Shown: positions 27,901 to 41,500 of the stretch, piece after piece
Layout of the letters: each line of letters opens with the position of its first letter
Numbering within the stretch: position 1 is the stretch's first letter
Source of the DNA: Podarcis liolepis
Taxonomy: Eukaryota
Length of the DNA stretch: 64,000 nucleotides
Reading direction: 5' to 3' (one strand)
Assembly (NCBI GenBank): GCA_965112155.1
Contig: OZ218103.1
Translations under genes and position numbers: made by a program
The notes under the pieces: model-generated
Database searches by the model: none
Told to the model about the DNA's origin: nothing
What the model saw: only the letters and a program-made list of their open reading frames with translations

Positions 27901-28914
27901 CTATGCATGCACAGTTGGAAGTATTGACCTCCAGGGCATACTGGAACAAGCACATCTGAGCACTACCAAACACAATCTATGCCATTCCCTTCCCTAAACA
28001 TTCTTTTAGCTGCATAGCAGTCTCTTTTCACATCTGGCATGCTGATATAAATAATACTTTATCTCTGTTGATAAAATACAGATGCATGCTGACATCAAAA
28101 TTCAAATTTGCACTGAACCAAACTATCTGTCTTTACACCTCCTTCTTGGCTTCTTGCCCAGATCTGTGTCTGGAGGAGCTGAAGTTCAGAGAGCAGGAGT
28201 TCTTGCCCATTTTCACTCCCTCATCAACCTCCTGTGTTCATTGAGAACCTTTTTTCAGTCTGCTGTGTTATGGTAACTATTCTACATTAACACGATGAGG
28301 TTCAGCAGTCTGTTTCTTTCATGAATGGATCTCTTGCTATCTACAGAGGTTTTAGGGTGCAACTTCCTCCATCTTCTAATGAAAACAATTGTCAAAGAGC
28401 ATAAATAAAACACTATATCCTTTCCAGTTAACCTTCCCATGCATAAGATTTACATGAGAGACCCTTCTATAGGTGCCTTCCACCTTCAGAAATTTAGGCA
28501 AGTGGCAAATAGGTAAAGAATAACAATTGGAGCACCAACACCGAAAATCCCCTTCACTTGTTTCCCACTTGCCTAAATCTCTGTGGTGGGTAGGCGGGGG
28601 CAAACAAACAAACAATTTAACGATATTGAATGGTTGGGGGCTAAGGAAGGGGTGAGATTCTTTTTGTTTATCTGCTAATTAGTGCTTGTGAGTGTTGCTT
28701 TGTTTATTGTTTGCTTATTGCTAATGTTGTTTATTACTGCTAAGGTGTGTTGATTTTGTTTTCCTAATATGTTTTATGGAATACTAACATATTCTATGAT
28801 TCCCCCCTCCTTTTTTCTAGGTATAATGTACTTGCATATATTTTTCTGTGACAAGTCACTAGGAAGCTCTTGAGTAACAAGTGACTAATAAGTTTAAATA
28901 ATAATAATAGTAAT

Positions 28915-29075
28915 AATATATTACACCTTTCCTCCAATAAGCTGGTGGTTCATGTCCCCCCCTCCCCACTTTATCCTCACAAGAACCCTGTGAAGTAGAT
29001 TTGATTAGGAAGGCTTGCCTTGCATGTAGTCACCCAATGAGCTTCATGGCCAAGTGAAGATTTGATCCTGGTTTT
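28915..29075 (-). mobile_element. Old MIR-like/tRNA-derived SINE
   Basis: tttatcctcacaagaaccctgtgaagtag...gtcacccaatgagcttcatggccaagtgaagatttgatcctgg; reverse complement of the 38303 family. Confidence 0.6.
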
Positions 29076-30054
29076 TTATGTCATAGTATGATGTAGCCAA
29101 AGTGTTTTGTTCCACTTTGGTTGGCCTTGTACTCTGTGGGAGAGGAATCCCATGAATATTGATTGGCACTTCCCAAGAGAACAGAGAGCCTTCTAAAATT
29201 ACTCAAAGAGAGGAGGAAAAATAGATGCAGCTCCCTTATCTGAGAGTTACCCTTTTCTTAGTTATGATGAACCTAAAAGTATGCATTTCGGATGAGATGA
29301 GGCCTTAGCTGGAACCCACATATCTTCATTGGCCTTTTTTTCCACCAAAGCTTCCATTGAAACCCCTTTGAAGTTTTTCCTAATACCCAAGACTCTGGAA
29401 ATAGCTTGCATGCCCCTGGCAAAAATCCTAGAAGCTTGAGGATCAAGAATAATACCCCCTAAGGAATCAGAAAAGCAAAAGTATGTTCCATGTACAGCTG
29501 GATGTTGCTCAACATCCAATTTTGATGTCTTTCCACATGTGTTACAGCTCATCTACATAGTTTTCTGTGGTCCTGATTTATTGCTATTATGCTAATCTAG
29601 GAATTTAAGAAGTTAAAACCCTCAGAGCAGGTACATCATAAACTGGGTGTGCCCTGCATTGGTATCATGTATCTGGTTATGAAAACTGCATATATCACTC
29701 CAGAGCAAAGCATCCTACATCTGATTGCATTCATTTGAAGAGCAGCTATGTGGCACTGGATATCTTTGTGCCACGACTGCTTTGTTTTCTCACAATATGA
29801 ACTCTGACTTCAGTTGTACTCATCAGCTGTGTGCTCCTTTTGCAGAGTTGTGAGTCACAAAGTGCTGAACATGACCTAGAGAAGGCTGATCTATACCAGA
29901 ATCCTGCAGCAGGTACCTTGGTTTTAAGTTGCTAAGGCAGGGTCAAGCAAGGTCAGGTAGGTCAGGACCTGGGACAGCTCACAGTGCAAATTCCCAGGAA
30001 CAGTTGAGATTGTTCTGCCAAAAGATCTGCTATTTGTAGTGCAGATTTAGATAT

Positions 30055-30217
30055 CATACACACCATGCATTTCTCCCGCCCCCAAGAATCCTGGGAACTG
30101 TAGTTTCTCCCTTACAGAGCTACAATTCCCAGCACCCTTAGCAAGCTATAGTTCCCAGGATTCTTGAAGGGTATGTGTGTTTTAAATGCACTTGAAATGT
30201 ATGGTGGTTATGCAGCC
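30055..30217. mobile_element. Palindromic MITE (same family as 5768)
   Basis: caagaatcctgggaactgtag ... ctatagttcccaggattcttg inverted arms. Confidence 0.7.
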
Positions 30218-32269
30218 TTAGTTATATATCAGAAAAAGAATTGTTACAGGGTTGAGAGATCTGTGTCTGCATTCCGTATCTTCACCCATCCTCTCTTTAC
30301 TTGCTGCAACATACTCTTGCATTTCTTAGGCTGTAAGAATCCCATAGTTTCTTGCTGCTTTCTTACATCTCCAGCATTCCAACAAAATGTCTCTTGGCTA
30401 AATTTGTAGCATATAAAAGCAGCAGTGCTAACCTTGTGGTCTAGATTTTTCTAGCACAAATATTACCAGCTTTCCTAGCACCTGACAACATTGTTACACC
30501 TTGACTTGTGTCTCACAAACCTGTTCTAGGAGCCTCCCATGTAAAGTCAAATTAATGGCATGTGTGCAGGTGTCAGATGCTCATTGCCAGAGAAGTTCTG
30601 CTCTGGTGAATTTTTCAAATAGAGACCAATGGGAGATAAAATACTAAAATTCACTTTTTCTCATTGCTTACTGTTTTGGAACATTTTTTTAAATGAAAGA
30701 CACTATATAAACTTCGATGGAGCTGACTCATGTGGCAAACTGACCAAACGTGCTTGGAACACTGCATCCCATCAGTGCTTGTTGATCCCTGAAGTGGATG
30801 CTGAGTCATTAAGCCCAGTGGCTGTTTATTTAGCCTTAATGTAGAAGAGGGGTGAGAACAGCACGTTGTAGACAGGAAGCTGAGTATTCTTTGGAGGGGA
30901 ATTTGTATGGTTTGGACCTCTGGCAGAATCTCTGCTTTGTTCGGGGTAGGTTGGCTTTAGATGAGTGAAACAGGATGCACCAAGAATTTTACTAGGATCA
31001 TTTTGAGATCTAGATCTATTACAAACCTGCATAGTTAGAAAGCTGGAAAAAGACCTTGTTACTTGGGAATAACTCATACTAAATAAGCTGGGGCCAACCT
31101 GGGTTGTAAAAAAATATTAACTGTGTTATTATCTGTTCAGTCAGCTCCCTGAGCACTAAGGAATCAGTATTCTTATGTGCATGTCAGCATTTCATAACAG
31201 TTTATTTTGCTATGGTGCTATCCTCCATTGCAATACATTAACTTATAGAAGTTGGCATATATGAAAACATAAAACAAAAATGTACAAATCCATTAGATAG
31301 CTATTGAAAGCCACTATAATTTCCTTAGGAGAGTCCCCCCCCCCCGAATTTTATTCCACTAATACAAGAGGTACACCAATTTTTGGCGGCTTCTTCTGCG
31401 CTAGAGCCTTGAGATTTACTAGCCTGAACCAGTCATAAAAAGTGGAGCAGGGCTAGTTGAAATTATCTGCTGTCTCCTACAATGAGTCATACATTGGGAT
31501 ACACAGTTTACATAAGTTACTGCTTCACAGGATGTTCAACTGAAAATAGTGCTCTGAACACTTTCCCTTCTCCCCCTCCATTTTCAAAAGAAAGAAAAAC
31601 CTACTTAAGGAAGAGCACGCCTGAATGGAACTTTATTCTGAGTGAAATGCATAGGATTATACTCTCATTGTCTTCTTTCCCATCCATTATTCATCTTTAA
31701 ATGAAAGGTCTGGCCTCTACCATCTTAGTAGGGAGCTCCAGCTAAGGTGGGGAGTTGTAAAAGGTTTGCAACATTAGGAGGAAATAGCCTTATGCCAAGT
31801 CAGACTTTTTCTCTTCTTCCTCCCCTCTCCCATTTACCATGCTGCTTGATAAAAGCTGCCTCCACTCAGGATATACACTCTTCACAGCCCTTCAAGCAGC
31901 CACACTTCTTTACTTTACTGTCTAATGATAGATAGATCTTGTAATCTTTGCATATTATATATTATCTGCCTTTTCCATTAACTTGCATAATTCTGCTTTC
32001 ATAGTGTAAGTTTTTCCCTTGTTTAAATGTGGTTTGCAAAGCCAAACTCCTAACTCTTCTGCACCTTTTAACTCGTTGAAAAGCTCAGTGCCTGATAGTC
32101 TTGCCTCCTTATAGTCATAATTTTTGCAGTAGCTATTTGCAGTTGTCCCAGTTCTGAATTATAAGTAACCAAAACATACAGTATTTTTTTAACGACTTTT
32201 ATATGCCAATTTTCTGCCCACACACAACCAAGGCAGTTTGCAGATTCCACCTTTTTGGCACAATATAGA

Positions 32270-32535
32270 AATCCAGTCTTTAGTATTGTGACACATACCT
32301 TTTGGAACTCCTTATTGTTAAATATATGTCACGTACTGAAGACAGGCACCGTCACCATTGTCTTTTTGGCACATACTGAAGACCTTTCTTTCCGAACAAG
32401 TCTTTTGAGTAAAGATCTTTCCCAGACTGCATCTGTATTGGAATTGTTTTTAGATGCTTTAATTGTTTTATTGCTTATGTGATCACTGCCCTGGACTCCT
32501 TTGGGAGGAAGAGTGGAATATACATCTAAAATACT
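32270..32535 (+). mobile_element. Degenerate L2 LINE 3' end
   Basis: F(S)..V....WNSL remnant, ctgaagacctttcttttc, then 3'UTR and tail. Confidence 0.55.
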
Positions 32536-32959
32536 ACAACTACTAATGCTTTGTAGACCTACCTGCTACCTAAATGTGAAGTGAAAGAAAATTAAGAAGA
32601 GAATCACCCATTCAGATATATTCACTTGTTATGGAAAGCACCAATTTTGAGTTGAAACAATTTATTTTTATTTATAAAATTTTTACAATAGTGTCCAAAC
32701 CTACTTTTTAAAATTAAGGAGGTAGCATTATTTTGAGAATGCACAAAAGAAAACAAAATACCTCCAGTGAGAGCAGGATCCAGTACACGATACTCCTGAT
32801 TTAGTGCTATGTCATGCATCACTTCTGGTTCTTGGTTAAAATGAGCTCTTTATTGTTTACTATAGTATCATGTTCCAAAAGTAGGTTCAGTGCTGAAAAG
32901 TCATGTGTACATCTTTAATAGCCAATCTAAACTAAACATTGTAGCAGTTGTCACAACTT

Positions 32960-33380
32960 TGTAAGGTTTGGCAGTTAGGCATTGGTTGAACTTGTGTTGG
33001 GGGAGGCGAGGTGTGGCCATCACCTGCCCCTCCAATATTAAGGGTATTCCATTAAAGGAATCTGGGGGTGTGGATCTTGTCCGAAGCCTAGGGAGGGGCT
33101 AAGGCCATGCCATGACCCCATCGGGAACCCAGGGGGAGCTCGAGTTGATTTTCATCAATGGGGCTCCCCCTATTGGTGGTTGACCCTTACAAGACTCCCT
33201 GCATGGCAGGCAGGAGTCAGATATAGTCGGGTCAATTCCAATGCCTAAGCCAATACCAGTCACATTCTGTAACCAATAAAGTTGTGGCCAAAATTTGCCC
33301 AATAACCATTAACCTAATATCTGTGTCCTTGTGCCTTATTCATCATTGGGGGGGTGTGACCTCGGGGTCTTGACATGCAA
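32960..33380 (+). mobile_element. LTR-like terminal repeat fragment (solo LTR or DIRS/Ngaro-type repeat)
   Basis: GC- and CpG-richer island beginning TGTAAG.., with TATA-like gatatag, AATAAA at 33275-33280 and an end near ..tgaca; no short TSD found. Confidence 0.5.
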
Positions 33381-34167
33381 ACAGATTCAGTGCTGAAAAG
33401 TCATGTGTACATCTTGAATAGCCAATCTAAACTTGAGTTTGTAGTACATCTGTACAAGAGTTGGAGCCCAATGCTCTGGTTATGGCATAGAGGTGGGTGT
33501 CTACAAATCTGCCTGTCTCTAGATTGCCACATTGCTGTTTGCTCCCTGGCTCAGTAGATAGAAACCACATTAATCTACCAGGGGCTGCCTGTAACTGCAC
33601 TACATAGGGTGGCATCTAATGTTGTGGAGTTGACTTATGGCATACTTGCCAAAATGGTTTGCCACCCTTGATTGCACTGAATAGACCAGTTGCACATATG
33701 AGTAATGCAAGTAGCTCCCTCCCTACATGTAGAAAGTGCTGCAGGTCTTTAGTGAAAACAATGTGGTTTATTGTTCAGGATATCCACTTGGTACACATCA
33801 GAAAGAGAAGCAAAGAGGGAAGACACTGTATGTAACAAAGAAACAATGGAGAAATAGATCCTCAAAGGTGCCTGTGTTTATTGAAGCTCAGTCATTTTGG
33901 AAATATAATTTTATTTTTCAGAGTCAATCTGAATTTTTAGCTCTAGGACATTCCTGAATCAAAATAATGTGCTATAACATACAACCTAAAGAATGTATTT
34001 ATGTAATGTTTGTTGCCCTTTGTCTAATTTCTAATTGTTATGCTGTAACTTAAATATACCAGTGCAAATTCATTCATTAATCATCTTGGTCCCTGAAGTC
34101 TTTGTACATTTTTTTTTGGGGGGGGATGAAGCAAGCTAACCCTTCTAATGTATTTTTTTCTTAACAG

Positions 34168-34231
34168 ATAATCTGATCAAAGCCATCTTGTCAGCAACCA
34201 AAGATTATCGTCTTACTCCAGCCCTTGATAG
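34168..34231 (+). CDS. ST3GAL3: ST3GAL3 coding exon (64 bp), DNLIKAILSATKDYRLTPALDS
   Basis: Acceptor tttttttcttaacag|AT, donor GATAG|gtgagt; phase fits both neighbours. Confidence 0.96.
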
Positions 34232-36272
34232 GTGAGTAGATTCTTTTGGGAGACTGAAGGAGCCCCTGGGAGTTGCTGGCCATTAATAAACAGCCTCCCT
34301 ATGGGCTCTTGGCTTTGGAATAAAATGAGGAGCTGGGAGTGATGCTCCTGTTCCAATCCATGGGGTCTATAAAATAGTGTTTTTGACAGCTTCAGAAATT
34401 TTATTCTCTAGTGTTACCGCAATCTGCTTAATTCCCTACATTTCAAAATAAATAACTGACAGTCTTTCAACAAATGCATTAACTTGTCACAACCTCCCCC
34501 AAGGTATCATTGTAAGGCAGCAGAATTGCACAGTGTTTATTCAGACAAATATAAGGTTCAGCTTGTTCTCACTAACAGCTCCTCTTCTAAACCCTATGTT
34601 TATAGCTGTGGGGCAGTGGAGCTGATAGCAAGACTGATTATGGAAATTTTTACCTGGCTTTTGGAGGCATGAGCTGTTAATGCACATATTCATGGGAGCA
34701 GCAAACTTGGATGTAGTGGCAGACATGTTCATTTGTTCCCCCTCCCCCAATGTTTTGCTTTTAATATAGAACATTCTTCACTAATATATTGGCACATGGT
34801 GGAACCTCACACCTATTGTTGTTGTCTAATACTAGCTTAGCACAAAATTCTTGCTGTTTTCCTTTGCCTCAATTTCTTCTACTGAGCTTTGTACCTCACT
34901 AAACATATTTTAAATTCTGAACTGGCAAGAAAAAATTGAGATAACTCTGTTCTGGGTCACCTGTCATAACCCATAGTTTACAACAAACAGTGGTTTAGTG
35001 TGAACAGGCTGCATGCCCCATTTCTACTGCTGCAGTTCCATGGATGAACCCAAACCAGAATCTGGCATGTTGTGTTGCTCACACCCAGGAAAACCACAAG
35101 TGGTAACCAAGGTTTGTTCTTGGCTTACCGCTTGTGATTTGTTTGGAAGAAAGAAGCCACAATCCTTGGTAGAGATTAAACTGATGGAAGGGAAAGAGAT
35201 AAGAGAGACTTGAGGAAGTATGCAAGGAATTAAGGCTACACAGAGATTAAAGGTTAAATATGGAGTTCTACAGAGCAGAGTAGAGTTAACCCATCCTAAA
35301 ATCAGACAATTTTAAATAAATACTTTTCCAAGCTTTTAGACAAGTCATTTTCATTCTCCTTTCCATTGAGTTACCTTAAAATAGTAAAATAGAAGAATAA
35401 TAGTCCATTTTTATACAGACTGGATATGAGAATGAGTTAAATCAAGATTGCAGATCACTGTATATACTTGAAATATTACTGAAGTGAGGTGATAGTATTG
35501 TAGTTTTCAGTTGAAGCAAGAAGTGTTACCCTTGTTCTTGAACAAAAAATTCAATCAGTATCTCATCTTGTCTAGGAGCATTTCCAAGTGTCTGTCTTAC
35601 TTCTGATGTGACAACTTTATGGAAATGTGGTCTGGTTTACAGACAGCCTACTATTGTGCTGTACTTTCTGCTTCAGTTGTGGTACTCCTTTGAGGCAGTT
35701 TTCAGTGTTTTTCTACACATCTTTGTATTTATGGTATCCCAGAGCATTCCTACTCTCCTGTTAGCAATAAGTAATAGTAAAATAAAGGGAAGAGAATCGC
35801 ACTAGGAATTCTAACATGATTTTAACCAACAATCTACAACTGTCATTTTCCTCTTAAGGATTGTTTATTTGGGACCTTTCTCTGCATATTTTCCTGTGCA
35901 TAGATAAATGGTATTTAATTAAGCAGTTACTATTCTTCTGTGCAAACAAAAACTGCACTTAGTTTCACTGTTTAACTCTTCCCTTGCAGTTGTTTCATTA
36001 TGAAAAGAAACATTTTGTTAGCTATTTAAATGCAGTGATTTCATCTTGAGCCAATAAGCCTAAGTAGATATGGTGAGAACATTTCCTCCTTTTGCTATCT
36101 GTGTTGCTATGCTCCCTGTATTATAAATTGTCAGAGTTTGTTACTGCAAATTAATAGAGTACAGCCTCCTGATTATACTTACAGTGCCTGAATTGGATCT
36201 TGACCAGGAGGAGCTCTGTGCTTGTGGATTTCACTGTTTACCCAACTGCCCTTATCTCTGCTTCCTTCCCAG

Positions 36273-36368
36273 TCTCAGTTGCCGGAGATGTGTTATTGTG
36301 GGAAATGGTGGCATTCTAGCAAACAAGTCACTGGGTTTGAAAATCGATGACTACGACATTGTTATCAG
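36273..36368 (+). CDS. ST3GAL3: ST3GAL3 coding exon (96 bp), first half of sialylmotif L: LSCRRCVIVGNGGILANKSLGLKIDDYDIVIR
   Basis: Acceptor cttccttcccag|T, donor ATCAG|gtgagt; CxxCxxVGNxG motif; overlaps ORF 36184..36372. Confidence 0.97.
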
Positions 36369-37517
36369 GTGAGTTGTCCGCACAGGGGAGAGGAAGAGGT
36401 GTTCTATAATTATTTTCCTACTATATGCAGTAGAGGTTTGCAGCACCTCTGGCCCTGTCAGATTCCAGTGTCCTTGGCACAATATGCCTCACATAAAAGA
36501 CTAAGGCTGGAATTAGAAGGTATGGCAGATGTGGGGCTGCTGCTAAAAACAGCAGCTTCTTGTTTCATTCTCTTCCGCTTCCGCAGTAGCAACTAATAAT
36601 ACAATGTGTGACATAAAATCATCTCATTCTGAGTTGCAAAGAGCTAATGAAATGTAGTGGGGAAACCTGGGGCACACTGGCAAGATGTTAAATGTTTTTC
36701 ATTATCAGGGAGGCATAGGAGGATGTGGGACTACTGCTTTTCAGAACAGCCATTCTGATTTTGTCTAGTCCTGAACTATAAAGAGATAGAGACCCAGTTG
36801 CCAGTTTCTTGGTTTCCAGTTGGATGGAAATTGTGGTGCAACGGTGACATTGCTTCATATGCCGAGTACCCAAGGGCATTCAAGGAGCTCCTTTTCCAGA
36901 GTTGGATACCTAAAATTTTCATCTTCAAGTGCTTAGGGATGCTCTGGTTTGTGGACAACTAGTTTCAGTTTATAAGGCAGTCTTGCTAGCACTACCTCAT
37001 GAGCACGATTATACAACAAACTAAATTGTAGGTGAAAAGTTCTATGCACTCATGCTTTGTGATAAGCTTTGATGATAAATATTGGCCCACGCCATAGTCC
37101 TAGTAGAGAATAACTACTTACCAGCAGTTCAATATGTTCTAGGAAAAATCAAGATAGTGTAGATGGATGAGAATGGGCACTAATAACTTCCTTTATATTT
37201 GTATTGAGAATAGTGGCTGGCTCTTTATTTGAGTGCTTAGCTTCTCACTTTGGCCTGTGAAAGAATCAGGAAACACTAAATTCTGAAATTCTTGGTTGCT
37301 CAGTCAGGTCTAATTGATCATCTCTTTATACACATTAACTCCAGAAGTTGGATGCAAGCAGTTTTAACTGTTTCACTGGCAGTTACGAGCTCTCAGCATA
37401 TTTGCTCATGTCTGACTTTTGTTTAATTTTATAGTTTCTATCTTGTGTTTTTGCTACCATTTCAAACTGAACTCTGGTGTAAATGCAACTGCCCGCTCTT
37501 CTCTGAACTCTCTGTAG

Positions 37518-37704
37518 GCTGAACTCTGCTCCAGTGAAAGGCTTTGAAAAGGATGTTGGTGGCAAGACAACAATGCGAATAACATATCCAGAAGGGGCCA
37601 TCCAGAAACCAGAGCAATATGAAAAGGATTCCCTCTTTGTGCTGGCAGGGTTCAAGTGGCAGGATTTCAAGTGGCTGAAGTACATTGTTTACAAGGAAAA
37701 AGTG
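37518..37704 (+). CDS. ST3GAL3: ST3GAL3 coding exon (187 bp), second half of sialylmotif L: LNSAPVKGFEKDVGGKTTMRITYPEG...WLKYIVYKEKV
   Basis: Acceptor ctctctgtag|G, donor GTG|gtaaga; RxNxAP...DVGxKT motif; overlaps ORF 37534..37758. Confidence 0.97.
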
Positions 37705-38302
37705 GTAAGAGTTACTCTGGAGAAGAACTCCTGGTATTTCCTGACTTTTTGCTTGTAGCTCTCAGTGCTGTGCTTACATTTCTTGCACAGCTCTGTTTCT
37801 GTGGAATGCATCTTTTCCATTTGCCTTTCGAAGTAATAAAATGGGCTTCAGAATGCCTTTCTAATCTCCAATGACCCTGAGTTTGAACACCGACAAAATG
37901 AAGCAGAAATGTGGGGTTTGAGGCATGTAATAAATAAATAATTTAAAATGGCAGCATAAGAGCAACATATCTTTGTAGGCTGCTTGTTATTGATAAAAAC
38001 AAGGCTGATAAATTAATCAAGGCAAATAAATTCAAACAAAATAGGAAAATGATTTGGGGGATAAACTAGGCTATCTAGAAGCACCTCATATCCCAGCAGA
38101 ATACAGTCTGCTCAGCCCATCGATAAACAGATTCAATGGAGGACTTTAACGAGTGTTTGAGGTAAGAACACTCCAGTCAGGCTGCTATTCCTTTTCAGGT
38201 TATTTTTGGTCTCACATACCTGTTTCATTCTGGCCTTTTTTAGCGGCTTGAGACATAAGCTGCACTGTAAGCATGGAACACATTTTTTCATAGGTTGAGA
38301 AT

Positions 38303-38500
38303 CCAGTGTGGGGTAGTGGAACCCTGGGAGTCTAGGGTTCAAATCCCCACTTAGCCATCCTCACTGAGTGATCATGAAACAGTTACTGCCTCTCAGCCTA
38401 ACCTACCTCTTAGAGTTGCTGTGGGGCTTAAATGTTGAGAGGGAGAACCATGTCCACCATCCACAGCTACTTGGAGAAAAAAATGAATATAAATGCAATA
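38303..38500 (+). mobile_element. MIR-like/tRNA-derived SINE
   Basis: A-box-like gtggggtagtgg, B box ggttcaaatcc, core tctcagcctaacctacctc, A-rich tail. Confidence 0.7.
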
Positions 38501-41500
38501 GGTTAACAAACATTAGGGATAACCGTGTTTCTAGTTTGGAAGTGTCAGCATTGTCTCATCTTTTCTATTGGAAAAGGCGGCAGCAGAAAGATACTTAAAA
38601 ATGCAGATTGCCAAACTTAACTCAGACACTTTTTAAATAACTGGGCAGCCCTGATTCATACATGCAATGCTATTTAGTGGGTTGGATTCAAATATACTTC
38701 CTTACCTCAATAAAATGATTTCATCTGTAGGAAACTCTCCTTGAACATCTGGTTCATGTTGGTAAAGGAGCCAAATGAGGGCAAAGGTTTCCTTGGAAAT
38801 AAGTAGCCTCTAGGTTTTCCCCGCTCTAAAAAAATAACCCTATACCTACTTTCACCAGTAGGCTGCCAAAATGAACAGCTTATGGAGCAAGTGCCTGCGG
38901 CATCAGGAAGATGTCTTTAGTAGTGTAAGTCTGGTGTTGAGTGAGCACCTGCCTGCAAGTGCAGCCACGCTCAACAGCCTGCTCATTGCAGAGGTGTGTC
39001 TGATGCACACTCTGCAGGGATGACGTTGGAGGTCGAATAGGGTGCAGCTGAATCTGGGCAAGGGGAAATGCTTCTGTTTTTATTCCATGTGCACATCAGT
39101 TGTCTTCTATAAGATCTGAACAATCTTCAATCTACATATCTTAGGAAGGAAAGACAAAATTTACTATGAAGCGAAAAGTTCTCTCCTAGCAAATCTTAGT
39201 ATATGGGCTCCAGAGGCACCAGTGGAGGAAGGAACAAAAGAAACCATCTCCTGTACAGTACCCACTTCAATGATTATTTCATTAGAAATAATGGGGAAAT
39301 GTCTTACTACAGTGTATTTGGAATTTTTTCTCCATATGCTTATACCTGCCTATGGAACCATTACAGAAGAAGGGCAGTTTTATCAGCTTAGCTCTCTTTA
39401 GGACCATAGAAACCACTATTTATTGATGGCAGCAAGACTTTTTTTCCTTTTCCCTTTTCTTTACTGGTTTTGAATATTGTGTAAACATGCAGAGAACAGT
39501 GGATAGATCAAGTGGCAACTAATTCTTCTTGTGCAACACATTACCACTGTGGGTATTACCTTATTAGCAGATTTATTTAGTCACACATGAACTCTCTGCC
39601 ACCATCCAGGAAGAGCCAGCACAACAATACAGTCTTGCCCCCCCCCAAACCAATGAATGATCCAAATAGGTTAAAATTAATCCTCTTTGCCTTGCATCAA
39701 AGAGGAAATGGGTGCTTTAAACATTTAAAATGAATCACAGTCACAAGGTAAGCAAAAGGGGAGCAAAGGGAGGGGCAATGCTATTAAACTGATTCTCTCT
39801 AGAAGGTGTTGTACACACAGGGAGTGGAGCAGAAATTCTCTTTCACTCCCCTTCTTTGACCTTGTTCTTGCAAGGCAGTTTTCCAGGACAAACTGAGAGG
39901 CACGTTCAGGGAGGAGTTAAAATATGTGTCATAGGAGTTTGGGAAGGTCCTTTAATCCTTTTATAAAGCAATTGCCAAACTGCTGCTGGGATAGGAGTTA
40001 GCATTCCTGGGGGACAATGTACAGAACTGTAGTATTTCTGAACCTCTTTCATCCTGCCCAAATAAAAGTTCTCACATTATAAATATGAAAGGAATTGGGA
40101 AAGTACTTTCTGCTTTGAGGTTTTAGCTTTAGACCACTTGACAATGCTGCATCTGAAACCTTGCCTCTCTCCCCACAAGCTTCAGGGAGATGTACGGTAC
40201 TTCTCCTTGTTGTTGTTTGGGCATTGTTCCCCAGACTTGTAATCTGCTGGTATTTGCAAATACTATTAGCATGACTTTCCATTGATATGCTCATTTTTTA
40301 ATGTTCTATTCATTTTTTTAGTGCTCTCTGGAGGTGAGGTAGTGACAGTGCTCAGTCACAGGATGTCTAGTTCCCCATGCATTTATTCATTACCAAGGAA
40401 GGAGTTTATCTCATGCTGTTGCCTATTTTCAGAGTTCTCAGTCACCAAGATGAATTATCACTAAACATGCTGTGTTTCTTTGCCTCTCCAGCTTTACTGT
40501 CATTTCAGTTCAGTGATTTGTTTGTTTTTGAATTTATTTATGTTGTAGTTCGGGGGGGGGGATAGGGGCTTCTTCACTACTCTCAGCACTCTTAACAAAC
40601 TACAGTTCACAGGATTCTTTGGGGAAAGCCATAACAGTACCCCGACCTATAGGCATGTGAAGACTTTATTAGAGCTAATGGGGAAATAGTTGACACTTAA
40701 CAGCACTTCCTGTAGGATGGCACGCTTAAGTACCAATTTACAGTTGGAGGGGGAAGTGGAATGGGGAAGTGGGATGGCACAGCACTGTCAGAGGCCTCTC
40801 AGTAGTTCCATAGAAAGAGTTCAGAGATGTGCATGTCCTGCTGGCTGTGTTATTGCAATGGCACCAAAATTGTAGTCAATGGGAGGAAAACAAGAAGTAA
40901 AAAGGGGAGAAATAAGAAAATACCCCTTCCTGTCCTATAGAGAAGACTATGCTGAAGCTGCTGGAATCAGCTTTAGTTTTGTTATGCCAACTAAGATTAG
41001 CAGTTAGGTTTATGGCCTTTTTGGCTTGTCTGTGCATGGCTGTGTAATAAGGAGACACACAAGTTGTCCCAACAGCTTCATGCAGAATGGTAGTTGCTGT
41101 AAATTCTTCAGTTTAGCACAGCAAAAGATCATACAAATCCATGCAGGTTAAACACATTTTGAAAAGTAGGAGCTTGTGTAGGTACACACACACACACACA
41201 CTCACAAAGTATATTTATGTAAACATAAGGCAGACATTTCCCTGCTGAACTCCCAGTTTGTCTTAGTGTTTGCCATATATAAATCATAATTTAGTTTATA
41301 TGTGGGAGAAGCAGAAAATCTGGCAGCGTTGCCCTGCCCACACAACAGTAGACAAGCATAAGTCTACAAGACTATACAGGTTTGCACAGGATATCTTTGG
41401 CAGTGCTGAAACTGTTCTTTTCACTGTGGTGCTCTCCATCAGGTGGATGGCTATAAGTGAAAGGGAAAAGTGCTTAATATTAAGGTCAGCATCACAGAAA

